Source: a virus (Duplodnaviria; Caudoviricetes). From it: a stretch of DNA of 57,611 nucleotides. The translations under genes and the position numbers were made by a program. This document shows positions 28,915 to 38,596 of this stretch, in pieces. The notes beneath the pieces are model-generated. The model was not told where the DNA came from, searched no databases, and saw only the letters and a list, made by a program, of their open reading frames with translations. The number at the start of each line of letters is the position of its first letter. Position 1 is the first letter of the stretch. Location of the stretch: the IMG/VR virus record IMGVR_UViG_3300033407_000017, positions 1 to 57,611 of that record. One strand, given 5' to 3'.

Positions 28915-30483
28915 CTACGAGGGGATGTGGATGAAGGACATGTTCGTCTGCGTGATCTTCAAGTTCGCGCTGGCCACCGAGAACTTAGCCATGAGGTCGA
29001 AGTCCCAGTCGTGGATCGCGCCGTCCTGAACTGCGAAGACGCTGCGCCCGATCCACGCGGTCTGGATCCCAATCTGCTGCCAGGTGTTGGTGTCGCTCAC
29101 CGCTGCGAACAGTAGCACGCCCCTGGTGGATAGTTGCGTTGTTGAGTCCACCTGCACCGTGATGAGCGAGTACCACCGCCTGGCGTTGATGCTGGCCGCG
29201 AACGTGGGCACCGCCAGCGTGTTGAGCAGGGTCGGGGTGATGGCGTTGGCCGTGACCTTGAACCGCATCTCGCACGTCTCAGGCGCGCCCGTGTTGTTTG
29301 TGAGGGCGCCGCCCGTCACGAACATGAACAAGTCCCCGGCCTTCACCGACCCCGCTGGCGCGGTGAGCGGGGACGAGATCAGACTCGTCTCCACGTCCGA
29401 GTTCTCGAGCGTGATGAACGCGGCGTCGAAGTCTAGCATCAACGCGAACTGGTCCCACACCGCGTCGATTCCGTTGGAGGCTAGTGCGGTTCGCGCAGCG
29501 CCGAGGGCCAGACGCTCGGCGGCGGCTGCCCCGCGTCGCACGACGTCGCCACGGGTCGTGAGCAGCGACTGAAGGATCGACTCAGCGTTCGAGGGAACTT
29601 CAAGAGTAGTTCTTGCTGTGGCTGCATTGGGATCGTCTAGGACAGTACGAGCGAATGCAGAGAGATCAAAGGTGTCCACGGCAGAAGAACTAGTGAAGTA
29701 TATCCCTTGATTCGCTGAAGGAGACAGTCCAGCAATAGATGCAAGTTTTACATCGAATCCCTGAACATCAGTTCCTATAACTAGACCAAGGTGCGCCCTT
29801 CCTGCCGCTGCATCTGCAAGTTCTAGAAACGCTCTTCCAAAGGTAGTCGTGGTAAGTGCGGCAATGGATGTAAGATCAGAATCAATGGGTTGTTTTCCAG
29901 CGAGAGCATTCGTGATTGTAGTAGCAAAGTTCGGATCATCTCCCAGAGCGTTTGCAAGTTCTAGCAATGTGTTCAATGCGCCGGGAGCACCATCAATGAC
30001 CGCATCAATCAAAGCCTGAACGTCTGCCGTAGTCGGGAGTTCTGTTGCACCTGTGCCCACGGTGGCTGTCGCAGCGGTGCCAAGTGCCGCAGCGCCTCGC
30101 AGGGCAGCAGCGTCAGCAAGGATTAGCAACCCACGACCAAAAGCAGTCGTGGCAAGTGCGGCGATCGCGGTAAGGTCTGAATCTTCTGGTTGAAGACTGT
30201 CATCCGCTGCAATTCTTGCGGCAACCTCATTAGCAATAAGCGTCTCTAGTTCACCAATCTGAAGTTTTAGAAGAGTGGTGACAAGGCTTCCCTGTGGAGT
30301 CGCAGGAATTGTTTCTGGATCAAGCCTGCTTGAGACTGCGGATGCAAATTCTGATATTGATGCTCTTCTGTCAGTTCCACTAGCGGCCATTGACATGTCG
30401 CCACGAGATACAAGAACTACAGGGTCGTCATCATCAATTTCTGCGCTAAGAATTTCAGCAAGTTCTGTAATTCTTTGACCCAT
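28915..30483 (-). CDS. fibre protein
   Basis: APGALNTLLELANALGDDPNFATTITNALAGKQ (P2/Mu-type fibre motif); repeated DSDLT.IAAL.TT.FGR; AGAGG before ATG 30483. Confidence 0.75.
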   Translation of the reverse strand: MGQRITELAEILSAEIDDDDPVVLVSRGDMSMAASGTDRRASISEFASAVSSRLDPETIPATPQGSLVTTLLKLQIGELETLIANEVAARIAADDSLQPEDSDLTAIAALATTAFGRGLLILADAAALRGAAALGTAATATVGTGATELPTTADVQALIDAVIDGAPGALNTLLELANALGDDPNFATTITNALAGKQPIDSDLTSIAALTTTTFGRAFLELADAAAGRAHLGLVIGTDVQGFDVKLASIAGLSPSANQGIYFTSSSAVDTFDLSAFARTVLDDPNAATARTTLEVPSNAESILQSLLTTRGDVVRRGAAAAERLALGAARTALASNGIDAVWDQFALMLDFDAAFITLENSDVETSLISSPLTAPAGSVKAGDLFMFVTGGALTNNTGAPETCEMRFKVTANAITPTLLNTLAVPTFAASINARRWYSLITVQVDSTTQLSTRGVLLFAAVSDTNTWQQIGIQTAWIGRSVFAVQDGAIHDWDFDLMAKFSVASANLKITQTNMSFIHIPS

Positions 30484-30499
30484 CAATACCTCTTTGGTC

Positions 30500-30537
30500 A
30501 AAGAGAGAGGCCGGGGCCTTTCGACCCCGGCCCTCTC
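30500..30537 (-). terminator. hairpin terminator after the capsid gene
   Basis: GAGAGGGCCGGGG...CCCCGGCCTCTC then TCTTT on the - strand. Confidence 0.6.
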
Positions 30538-30568
30538 GGCTCTACAAGGTCTTCTCCTAGAGTACTCG

Positions 30569-31621
30569 TTACGCCGCCACCGTCATGTCCATGACGAGAT
30601 TGACGTTTGGAGTGACCGGGAGAGCAATTCCAGTACCAACTGTGTATGTCTGAACGGGGTGGTCAGTTTCTGTCACAACCGCCACGATCCCAGGAAGCGC
30701 AGTCTGCTCAATCAAACCCTTCGCAGCCAACTTGACTGCCTCAGGCGTGATCCCGTAGAATGTGTTTCCATAAGGAACTCCAACAGGAGGAAGGAAGAAG
30801 CACTTGTTCTGTGGAAGAACTCGTGTCTTCACACCCTCAACCCTGAACTGACCATCGTAAACTTCCAGCGGGGGCAACCCCTCACTTGCGAAGACGTCGT
30901 TGATCGCCTGGCGATTCAACCGAGTTGGCGTTGTGCCATTCGCTGCCGCATACGAACGCATTTCTGCGTTAAGTGCGAAGTTGGCAAGCCTGGCCCTTGG
31001 AACCAAAAGCGTTCCAGGAGTAACGCCATTCAAGTCTTCGTAAGTCTCCATCCAACCAAGAAGGTCAGAAAGAGGAGTTGAAGTTGCCGTCACCGTCCAA
31101 AGGTCGCCAGCGGGTGTGACTGACATTGAAGCGTCACGACCGAAGTCGGCAGTGAGCGTCAATCCGTTTTCACTGATGCTGACGATGCCGTCGTTGATGA
31201 CATCACCCCGTGCCAATTCGATCCTAGCCTGAACAGAACGAGTCATTCGTTCTGCGTCAGCATAGATCGCATCGATGATGGGGTCGTTGTTGCCACGTTC
31301 GAGAGCACGAAGTCGAAGAGATTCCTCTTCTCCGAGTGCAATCTGGCGAGACACCGGAGCAATTTCACCAGCAATGCGCTGCACTCCGGGACGACCTGTC
31401 ATCGGGGCAGGCGTGTCCCATGCACGGTACACAGCGGCATCAACGTCCTGAAGCGAAGACTTCCTCACACGAAATTCGAGGTCATCAACCTCTCGGTTTG
31501 GAATCCAACGATCAAGAACGAAGGCTGCCTCCTGGCGAAGCACTTCATTATCGTAGGCCCGAACGTAGTCGATGAGGACAGCGGGTTCTACGAGGTCGTA
31601 AACCATGTTTCCAGCCATCAC
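30569..31621 (-). CDS. major capsid protein (lambda gpE-like)
   Basis: A.YRAWDTP, PVSR.I.LGEEE.L, SVQARIELARG, G.TFYGIT.EA; AGGAGG RBS. Confidence 0.92.
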   Translation of the reverse strand: MMAGNMVYDLVEPAVLIDYVRAYDNEVLRQEAAFVLDRWIPNREVDDLEFRVRKSSLQDVDAAVYRAWDTPAPMTGRPGVQRIAGEIAPVSRQIALGEEESLRLRALERGNNDPIIDAIYADAERMTRSVQARIELARGDVINDGIVSISENGLTLTADFGRDASMSVTPAGDLWTVTATSTPLSDLLGWMETYEDLNGVTPGTLLVPRARLANFALNAEMRSYAAANGTTPTRLNRQAINDVFASEGLPPLEVYDGQFRVEGVKTRVLPQNKCFFLPPVGVPYGNTFYGITPEAVKLAAKGLIEQTALPGIVAVVTETDHPVQTYTVGTGIALPVTPNVNLVMDMTVAA

Positions 31622-31628
31622 TCACCTC

Positions 31629-32366
31629 CTATTCGTATCGGATCCAAGAAGCAACCGCTGCCTTTCCGGCATCGTCCACTTCTCCAGCGACCGTCCCAGC
31701 GAATGCCGGGAGGTTTGAAGTCTTCACCACGCCAGTCCAGAACAGAGCAGCACCAACATCGGTTGCCGTCGAAGGAACGCCTGTGCTCACCTTGCAGTCC
31801 TCAAAGAGATGACCCTGAAGCACTTCACGTCCATCACTGACAGCAGAACCACCTGCCGTGTCTTCTGCAACTGTTGCCGTTCCGGCACCGCCAGTCAGGC
31901 CAGTTGCATCTGAAACAAGTGCAGCAACGTCCTGACCAGAATACTGACCACTGAAGGTGATGGTGATGGGCGCAGTAGCACCAGGGCCACCGGCACAGAC
32001 AACATCACCCACGTTGATATTCGGCAAGGCTTCAAGTGCAGTCTGAACCGCTGCGGCGGTTGCGTTCCAAGCAATTGCAGCCGTTTCCTGACCTTCGAAG
32101 GACAGGGTGAAGTCACCGCCGGTTGCATCAACATCAACCGACTGAACTTCATTTGCTGCACCGCCATAGGGCCCATACTTACTAGAAGACGTGATCTGTC
32201 CGAGGGCAATGCCCGAGGGGATATATCCGTTCACGACATGGGCAGCCACGAACGTGCTCATATCCAGCATGATGGAGCGCATGTCCTGAAGACCCATTCG
32301 GGTCCCGATCCATGACTTATCTGCACCACCAAAAACCTCAGACGTGACCTCGATATTAGTTCCCAT
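31629..32366 (-). CDS. head decoration protein with an inserted domain
   Basis: NGYIPSG.ALG.I....KYGPY and DGRE...GHLF halves split by an insert. Confidence 0.75.
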   Translation of the reverse strand: MGTNIEVTSEVFGGADKSWIGTRMGLQDMRSIMLDMSTFVAAHVVNGYIPSGIALGQITSSSKYGPYGGAANEVQSVDVDATGGDFTLSFEGQETAAIAWNATAAAVQTALEALPNINVGDVVCAGGPGATAPITITFSGQYSGQDVAALVSDATGLTGGAGTATVAEDTAGGSAVSDGREVLQGHLFEDCKVSTGVPSTATDVGAALFWTGVVKTSNLPAFAGTVAGEVDDAGKAAVASWIRYE

Positions 32367-32380
32367 CTAGAGAACTCCTC

Positions 32381-33022
32381 TCAGGTCGTCGTCGTTTCTT
32401 GCGGCTTTGGATGACGCCGGGCGAGGACTTCCTTAGCACGTTCCTGAGAAGATGCGCTCCCACCATCCCCGCCAGGACCCTTGCCAGGATCTGAACCTGG
32501 ATTTCCTTGGTTCTTTGTAGAAGAGAACAAGGTTGGCATATCCTTCTTGAGAGCCTCAACAGCGGCTTGGTAGTCCTCGTCTTCCAAACCATCTGTTACT
32601 TCAAGGTCAACAAGTTTGACAGCCTTCCCAGAAGCCTTTACATCAACGCCAGCAGAGATAAGGAATCTCTCGATTCTTGACTCGTGACGCTCTTGACGAG
32701 CGGCTACGCGTTCCTTTGTGGCTTCTTCTTTCTCTTTCTCCGCTTCACGCCGAGCCTTCTCAGCCTCACTGAGACTTTCCTGCTCGCGCTTACGGTGGGC
32801 CTCGAGAATTTCTTTTGCCTCGTCAACGTCCTTGACGCCGAGGGTTTCAAGAATTTCTCTCTGACCAGCAGACTTCCCCTCACGCTTCTCTCGCGTGCCA
32901 ATTCTAGAAACTTCATCCTGTGAGAATGTTTTCTCTTTGGGATCGGTTTCTCCATCCTTGGGGTCGTCGTTTTGTCCGCCGGGTTCTTTGGCCGGCGGTT
33001 TCGTGTCGTTCTCTTCAGGCAT
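32381..33022 (-). CDS. capsid scaffolding protein
   Basis: KTFSQDEV..I..REK, LSEAEK coiled coil, P.LF. Confidence 0.85.
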   Translation of the reverse strand: MPEENDTKPPAKEPGGQNDDPKDGETDPKEKTFSQDEVSRIGTREKREGKSAGQREILETLGVKDVDEAKEILEAHRKREQESLSEAEKARREAEKEKEEATKERVAARQERHESRIERFLISAGVDVKASGKAVKLVDLEVTDGLEDEDYQAAVEALKKDMPTLFSSTKNQGNPGSDPGKGPGGDGGSASSQERAKEVLARRHPKPQETTTT

Positions 33023-33093
33023 TTATATCCCTCTCGGGTCTTCCGGGGTGTTCCCGGTGGTTCTTCTATTTGTACCATATTTGTACCACACTT

Positions 33094-34776
33094 TTAGATG
33101 GTGAGAACGTCTTCAGGCGGAGCGGCCCCTCCAGGCCCCGCTGGCACGCCTGGGGCCGGGGCTGCCACTCCTGGGATTGCTGATGTTTCTAGGCCAAGGA
33201 ATTCCCTTGCAAGATTGACGTCTCCTGTTGCATCTGCTAGAGACTGAGCAGCATCAAAGTTTTGTTCCTGAATGCGCTGAACTTCTAGTGCAGCGTCTTC
33301 AATTGGATATCCAGCCTCAATGAGCAAAGCAACTGCCGTCTCAACGGACATTGCGTGTGAATTCATACCGTTCGTTATGATACCCATCACTTCAGTTCTG
33401 TCAGCAGGTAGGTATGAACCAAACTCAATATTGACTGGAAATTCCTGTGAAACTACATTGTCTTTCCAATAGAACCTTACCAAAAACTTGAATAGGATTG
33501 AATAGGGTTGTTTCCTCATCATCCTCATCTCACGAATCATTGAGCTGTGAGGGGCGAATGAAAGAGTAAGGATGATGCCGCTCTGGACCTTGGAAGGGTC
33601 TACACGACCCAGGAGGGTTCCTGGAACCCTGTTTACTTCTCCAAGCCTATCTTTCAGATGCTCATCGTATTTGATCAGGGCGTCAAGAGACTTACTTGTA
33701 TCCAATACACTCATCTCTCCGTCGCCAGTTTCATATACTGACCCAGGACCATACGACAAAATATTTCCGTCTTCGTCTCTAGGTGCAGAACTACCACCAA
33801 GAGAAATGGGTGGTGTTCCAACAATTGCACTTGAAGACTGCAAGTCTGTGTCTGTTGAAATTAGGTCGTCATTGATCTGGATTCCTGGCGCAAGAACAGA
33901 TGTTCCATAGTGTTCGTCCCTGCTTGTTGGGGGATTTGCAATATGAACAACCGGGATGAAGTCAAGGCCGAGGTCTAGATTGTGAACCTTCCATACCACA
34001 TTCTTTTCTGAAAACTCCTCAACAAATCCCTTTGCATCCTCTAGCAGCCAAGTTCCATCGCTCATGAAACAAGAGATATTGATTGGTTCACTTTCCCAAG
34101 GAACACGTTGTTCAATAGGTTCGAATGTCTCTGGGTGAAAACTAAGAAGTTCCCATGTGATCCTGCGAACATACTTCTTCTTTTCTTCGCCTACCTTTCT
34201 TTCAAACTCCCAGGCAATATGAACCTTTGGCGGGAAGTCTTCCTCGTCTTCTTCAGATAGAACAGGGAAATAAAATCCAGGGTTATATACGCGAAGCCTT
34301 GGGCGCTTTCTCTTCTCGTCCCACCCGAGAACATACACTCCGTCTCCGAGTTTGCAAGCGTCTCGCTCGCACTCCGTCATTCTTTCTTCAAATCTCTCTT
34401 TATTCATCCATTCTTCAATGAGGTTTTGCTGAGTGACCTCTGGAGACCCCTCTTCATTTTCCCGATCAACAGCGCCTTCTGTAATGGCCTTGACTTTATT
34501 CCCCTTCAAAGAGGACAATACCGATTCAACAATAACGAAAGAGTCTCCATATTCTCTTCTATCATTACGGTCGTCGTCTGAGATCGTAGAGTCAAGCCAT
34601 TTTCTGGCCGATAGGCGATAGTATGATTCAAGAAGTCGATATGCCTGAAGCCTACGCTCGTGGTCTCCTACCCAACCGCCAGGTCGCCACGGAGCACCTG
34701 TTCTATTGAAGATGTTCTTGTAATCGAAGAATGTCCACGAGTCGATATTGACGCTCGTGGCAAGGGGCGTGCTCAT
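33094..34776 (-). CDS. portal protein
   Basis: 560 aa after TerL; LGDGVYVL.WD, FIPVVH..N, FG.YLP.D. Confidence 0.85.
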   Translation of the reverse strand: MSTPLATSVNIDSWTFFDYKNIFNRTGAPWRPGGWVGDHERRLQAYRLLESYYRLSARKWLDSTISDDDRNDRREYGDSFVIVESVLSSLKGNKVKAITEGAVDRENEEGSPEVTQQNLIEEWMNKERFEERMTECERDACKLGDGVYVLGWDEKRKRPRLRVYNPGFYFPVLSEEDEEDFPPKVHIAWEFERKVGEEKKKYVRRITWELLSFHPETFEPIEQRVPWESEPINISCFMSDGTWLLEDAKGFVEEFSEKNVVWKVHNLDLGLDFIPVVHIANPPTSRDEHYGTSVLAPGIQINDDLISTDTDLQSSSAIVGTPPISLGGSSAPRDEDGNILSYGPGSVYETGDGEMSVLDTSKSLDALIKYDEHLKDRLGEVNRVPGTLLGRVDPSKVQSGIILTLSFAPHSSMIREMRMMRKQPYSILFKFLVRFYWKDNVVSQEFPVNIEFGSYLPADRTEVMGIITNGMNSHAMSVETAVALLIEAGYPIEDAALEVQRIQEQNFDAAQSLADATGDVNLAREFLGLETSAIPGVAAPAPGVPAGPGGAAPPEDVLTI

Positions 34777-34777
34777 C

Positions 34778-36136
34778 TCATCTCCTGCCTCTCAACCTTC
34801 GATCTTTCATTCTTGACTTCTTGGCCCGATTTCCAGCACCCATCAGGTCGGTTGCGGCCCACACCATCGCATCCATTCGGTCTGGAGACCAAGATGGATC
34901 TGGGTCGGTAGAATTCCACATTGTCATCTGGTCTTCAAGTTCTGGGAATATTCCAACATGATGACCACGACCTTGCTGGAAGATAGAACTGATTGGTTCT
35001 GCACGTCTGGCTTTCCCACGACTTGCATGGACTTTTCTGATCGGTAATGTATCATCAATTTGCCGCAGGGTTGACTCCACCATATCCCCACCGTTGTTTA
35101 CTTCGGCAACAATGAGGTTGGCATCATAATCGTTGTATGCCTGAACAACTCTTCTGGACCAATCCTCCGGCTTCCCTGCAATGCTGTAGTCAGCCAGAGT
35201 AAATAGGTGGGGTCGCTCTGGGAGCGGCATTCTAGAGAAGTCCCATTTTGGAATCATGGCACATACGACAATGCCATGTTCATTTCCACCCTCGCTAGCC
35301 GCCGGGTCCACGCCAACGACTGTTCTCAAGTAATCTCTCGGCTGTTCAAGAACTGCTATTCTGTAAGACTCGATGTCAGAAGGTGACCAGAGAGCGCCCT
35401 CAACGTCTTCAAGAACTTCTGCGTAAAGTTCCTGACGACCCATCCTGGTGCCGCCGTAGTCATCGTAAAGATCTTTCTTCACACGGGCATCAAGATGCGG
35501 GTTGTCATCGGTGGTTGCGGTGGTCACCACCACATATGGCTGAGAACTTCCTAGTTCTTTAGCAGCTCTCTTTTTGAGTTCACGAATCAATTTCAGTGCT
35601 TTTGGCGTCGTTGAGACAACCACCCTGGGCCACGGACCTAGACGAAGACCATATCTCATGTGCTGCCAGCACTCTTCCATGTATCTCCAGGCAGCAAGTT
35701 CCTCAGCCCAAACGAAACATCTGTTACCACCGGACCTCAGTCGCTCAACGTCTTCTGGAGTGTGTGCTCCGAAGATCTTGGCTTCCACCCCGTTCGGCCA
35801 TCTTGCAACGGTGCCACCGGCAGTCTGCCGCACTTTGATGTCTTTGCAGTGAACTCTGAGTCCACTTGGTCCATTGACACACGAAGTAACGCCGTCGCCG
35901 AGCGTAGGAGCAATAATTCCAGGCCAGTGACCGCCAGGGACCTCAGGGATACAAGGAGGCCCGTGAACGTGCTCGTGGAGTTGACGGGCTGCTGTTGCTG
36001 TCTTTCCTGCACCACGACCTCCTAGAAGCATCCAAACAAACCACTTCCCCCGAGGAGGAATTTGGTGTGGCAGGGGTTCCCATCCATCATCGTCTGGTGA
36101 CAGAAGGTCAGCGGCAAATCTGAATGGGTCAGGCAT
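34778..36136 (-). CDS. terL: terminase large subunit
   Basis: GGRGAGKT, WAEELAAW, STTPK, VGVDP, EVNNGG, SPDRMDA. Confidence 0.96.
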   Translation of the reverse strand: MPDPFRFAADLLSPDDDGWEPLPHQIPPRGKWFVWMLLGGRGAGKTATAARQLHEHVHGPPCIPEVPGGHWPGIIAPTLGDGVTSCVNGPSGLRVHCKDIKVRQTAGGTVARWPNGVEAKIFGAHTPEDVERLRSGGNRCFVWAEELAAWRYMEECWQHMRYGLRLGPWPRVVVSTTPKALKLIRELKKRAAKELGSSQPYVVVTTATTDDNPHLDARVKKDLYDDYGGTRMGRQELYAEVLEDVEGALWSPSDIESYRIAVLEQPRDYLRTVVGVDPAASEGGNEHGIVVCAMIPKWDFSRMPLPERPHLFTLADYSIAGKPEDWSRRVVQAYNDYDANLIVAEVNNGGDMVESTLRQIDDTLPIRKVHASRGKARRAEPISSIFQQGRGHHVGIFPELEDQMTMWNSTDPDPSWSPDRMDAMVWAATDLMGAGNRAKKSRMKDRRLRGRR

Positions 36137-36689
36137 ACTCGGCCATTTCTGGGGCGTCTCTCAAAAATCTTGTCATCTCCCCGACGATTTGGCACACCCT
36201 GCTCTCGCTCACTGAAAACTTCTTCCCGATTGATAGATATGCTTCACCATCAAAAAACCTCAGACAAAACATTTCTACATACTTTTGTGAGAATCTTCTC
36301 TTAACCAACTCAAGAGACTTTTCCATAAGGTTTTCTTTTGTCAAACCATCTTCTAATTTCTCATATGTTTCCTGGGAGTATACGTGACATGCTTTTGAAA
36401 GGAAATGGTGCTCTGGTTCTACAACATTTGTTCTAAGCCTCCCCACAACACGAATACTTCCTTTTCTTCCGAATGTCAACCTCATCTCGTCAATAAAGTT
36501 TCTGAAGAAGTTGATCTTGGACTCTTCTACTGTTTTTCCCTCGTTGAAGTGTTTAACAAGAACAGTTATTGATATTTCGTAAATGTCTTCGAAACAGAAG
36601 GAAGATTCTCTACCGCCCATGTTCTTCCATTTACGGTATGCCCAGCCCTTGATCCTGGGCAATTGGGCGATCATCTCTTCCTCGGTCAC
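36129..36689 (-). CDS. sigma-70 family factor, FliA/WhiG-like
   Basis: Region 2-like FIDEMR; region 4 IGKKFSVSESRVCQI. Confidence 0.7.
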   Translation of the reverse strand: MTEEEMIAQLPRIKGWAYRKWKNMGGRESSFCFEDIYEISITVLVKHFNEGKTVEESKINFFRNFIDEMRLTFGRKGSIRVVGRLRTNVVEPEHHFLSKACHVYSQETYEKLEDGLTKENLMEKSLELVKRRFSQKYVEMFCLRFFDGEAYLSIGKKFSVSESRVCQIVGEMTRFLRDAPEMAEYA

Positions 36690-36764
36690 ACCAAATGATC
36701 ATAGCCCGTCTCGCTGAGAAGATGTATAAACCAGTACCCGCCGAGGTTTTGCAAAGGGTTTTGC

Positions 36765-37007
36765 TTAGTCTGAGTCCTCTGGGTCAAACTGATTCATAAA
36801 TTCAAGTTCATTCAGTGTAATCATACATTCAACCAAGCCCTTCCTCTGAACCCATGACTGCCCCCTGGGACCTGAGGTATCGAAATGCTCTCGCTCTGGG
36901 TCTTCTACGTGTTGGTTCTCACAGAAGAAGATCCAGGTTGTCGTGAACATTCCGTCAGGAACTTCTACCTCTTCGTCTCCTATGATGTCTCTCACTTTTA
37001 CCTTCAA
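36765..37007 (-). CDS. hypothetical protein
   Basis: TTGA overlap with the upstream gene, GGAGG RBS. Confidence 0.55.
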   Translation of the reverse strand: MKVKVRDIIGDEEVEVPDGMFTTTWIFFCENQHVEDPEREHFDTSGPRGQSWVQRKGLVECMITLNELEFMNQFDPEDSD

Positions 37008-37897
37008 CCGAGGACCTCCGCTACATCGATGACTTCTCCGGACTGGAGGGCTCGTGGTGCTTCGAGAAGAAGTTCACGAGCAATCTTTGGTGCGATGAGC
37101 CTTTGCTCTGGGCTCAGACTCAAAATCTCGCTGTTGATGAACTTAATGAACAACATCGCGATCATCTTGCCTTGCTCTTCAGCAAGTTTGACCTGTCGCT
37201 CGGCTACTCCTGCCGAGATCGCAACCTTTGCGACATTCACCAACATCTTTCGTTCTTCCTGGTACATCTCGATCCAGGCAGACAACTTCATTCCGTCTTT
37301 GACCGTTTCTTGAACAAGTTCACTACTTTGCATTTGTTGAATTTGTTGCTCTAGCCAATAGACGTGACCAGCGGTGCGATGGATCTCTTCCATGAGTGCC
37401 TGGTGTGGGCCTATATCAATGCGAGTACCGTATGTTGACTTCGCCATGCGGTCTTTCACCAACTCCATACGTCCATGCTCTTCTCCGGTTGGGCTGTTGC
37501 CTCCGTGGTACTTGCAGTTCCCGTGACCAACGTGGCTCGTTCCCCATCCGGCAGGCATGAAACATCTCGTGTTCTTCTTTGACTTCTTTGCACCACAAAT
37601 CTTCTCGAAAGCATGGTCCTCTTCAGTAGGCTCATGTCCGGGTGCATATCCGATACTGCCATCTGGACGGACAGTTTCGTCATAACCGAGACCACCACGG
37701 CGCTTCCTGCGAGGAGACGGCTCTGTGACGGCTTTCCTCAGTGGGCGCTTCGGTTCCTTTGTTGCTTTCGTGGCCTTGACAGTTTTCGTTGTTTTCGTTG
37801 TTTTGGTTGTTTTCGTGGGTTTCGTTGTTTTCAGTGGCTTTGGTTCTCTGGGCATGGGTTCACAATGTGGTTGGGGTTCACACACAGGCGGTGGCAT
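37004..37897 (-). CDS. terS: terminase small subunit (HGGxS Zn-knuckle type) with Lys/Thr-rich N-terminus
   Basis: CGAK...C...AGWGT.H.G.G.CKYHGG.SP; AGVAER.V.LAE; start may be 37855. Confidence 0.75.
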   Translation of the reverse strand: MPPPVCEPQPHCEPMPREPKPLKTTKPTKTTKTTKTTKTVKATKATKEPKRPLRKAVTEPSPRRKRRGGLGYDETVRPDGSIGYAPGHEPTEEDHAFEKICGAKKSKKNTRCFMPAGWGTSHVGHGNCKYHGGNSPTGEEHGRMELVKDRMAKSTYGTRIDIGPHQALMEEIHRTAGHVYWLEQQIQQMQSSELVQETVKDGMKLSAWIEMYQEERKMLVNVAKVAISAGVAERQVKLAEEQGKMIAMLFIKFINSEILSLSPEQRLIAPKIARELLLEAPRALQSGEVIDVAEVLG

Positions 37898-38382
37898 GTT
37901 CTTTGCATCTTTATCCTACGTCCTGGCGGTGGTGTCTCTCCGTATCTCAGGTAATAGGCGAAGTGGCGAGCGTAAGACGTTGGGATCACGAGTTGCCCAG
38001 GTCCAAATCTCGGGTGCCCGTTGGCGAGGTCGATTTGCTCTGGGGTCTTCTGCTTTCTTCGGATCCAAACATTGCAGTCTGTTGACGGGTCTATCAGGAA
38101 CGAGTCTTTCCAAAGTTCGTATACTCTTGCTTCATCCCCTGCAAGTTCTGTTGCTCGTTTCTTTCCTTGAGATGTTTTGGTGGATCGTGTTGTCTTCGGT
38201 GTCCCATTCAGATGGTATGGGGCAGATCCGTGTAACACGTCCATCGTGAATCTGAAACGACTTGCGTATGTATCCGGGTAATACTCCTTCGGTAGTTTGA
38301 TCTCGTCTGGATCAATGCCGAGTTTCTTGATGTTCTTTTTGAAGAATGTTTCATTGGGCACGGTAATCTTCTTCCGGTCCAA
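37831..38382 (-). CDS. HNH-endonuclease-like protein, divergent
   Basis: C.VW, GHPRF, A..FAY.L.YG..P, C...CVNPNH. Confidence 0.65.
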   Translation of the reverse strand: MDRKKITVPNETFFKKNIKKLGIDPDEIKLPKEYYPDTYASRFRFTMDVLHGSAPYHLNGTPKTTRSTKTSQGKKRATELAGDEARVYELWKDSFLIDPSTDCNVWIRRKQKTPEQIDLANGHPRFGPGQLVIPTSYARHFAYYLRYGETPPPGRRIKMQRTCHRLCVNPNHIVNPCPENQSH

Positions 38383-38596
38383 TTGGGATCCATATCACGT
38401 CACCTTCATTATTGAAGACGTGTGGGGTGACGGGTTTCGTCCGTATGTCAGAGAGGATTGCTTCGGTTTCTATTGCATCTCTTCTCAGGTCATCAAGCGT
38501 GTATCCATCCTTTGTGGATCTGTAGTGGTTGTATGGGTTCTCGATGGGTCGATGCATGGTGGTGACATTAGTCGTAGTGGTGTTGATGCTGGTCAT
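38351..38596 (-). CDS. hypothetical protein
   Basis: Same strand as the late operon; starts inside a 7-mer repeat. Confidence 0.45.
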   Translation of the reverse strand: MTSINTTTTNVTTMHRPIENPYNHYRSTKDGYTLDDLRRDAIETEAILSDIRTKPVTPHVFNNEGDVIWIPIGPEEDYRAQ

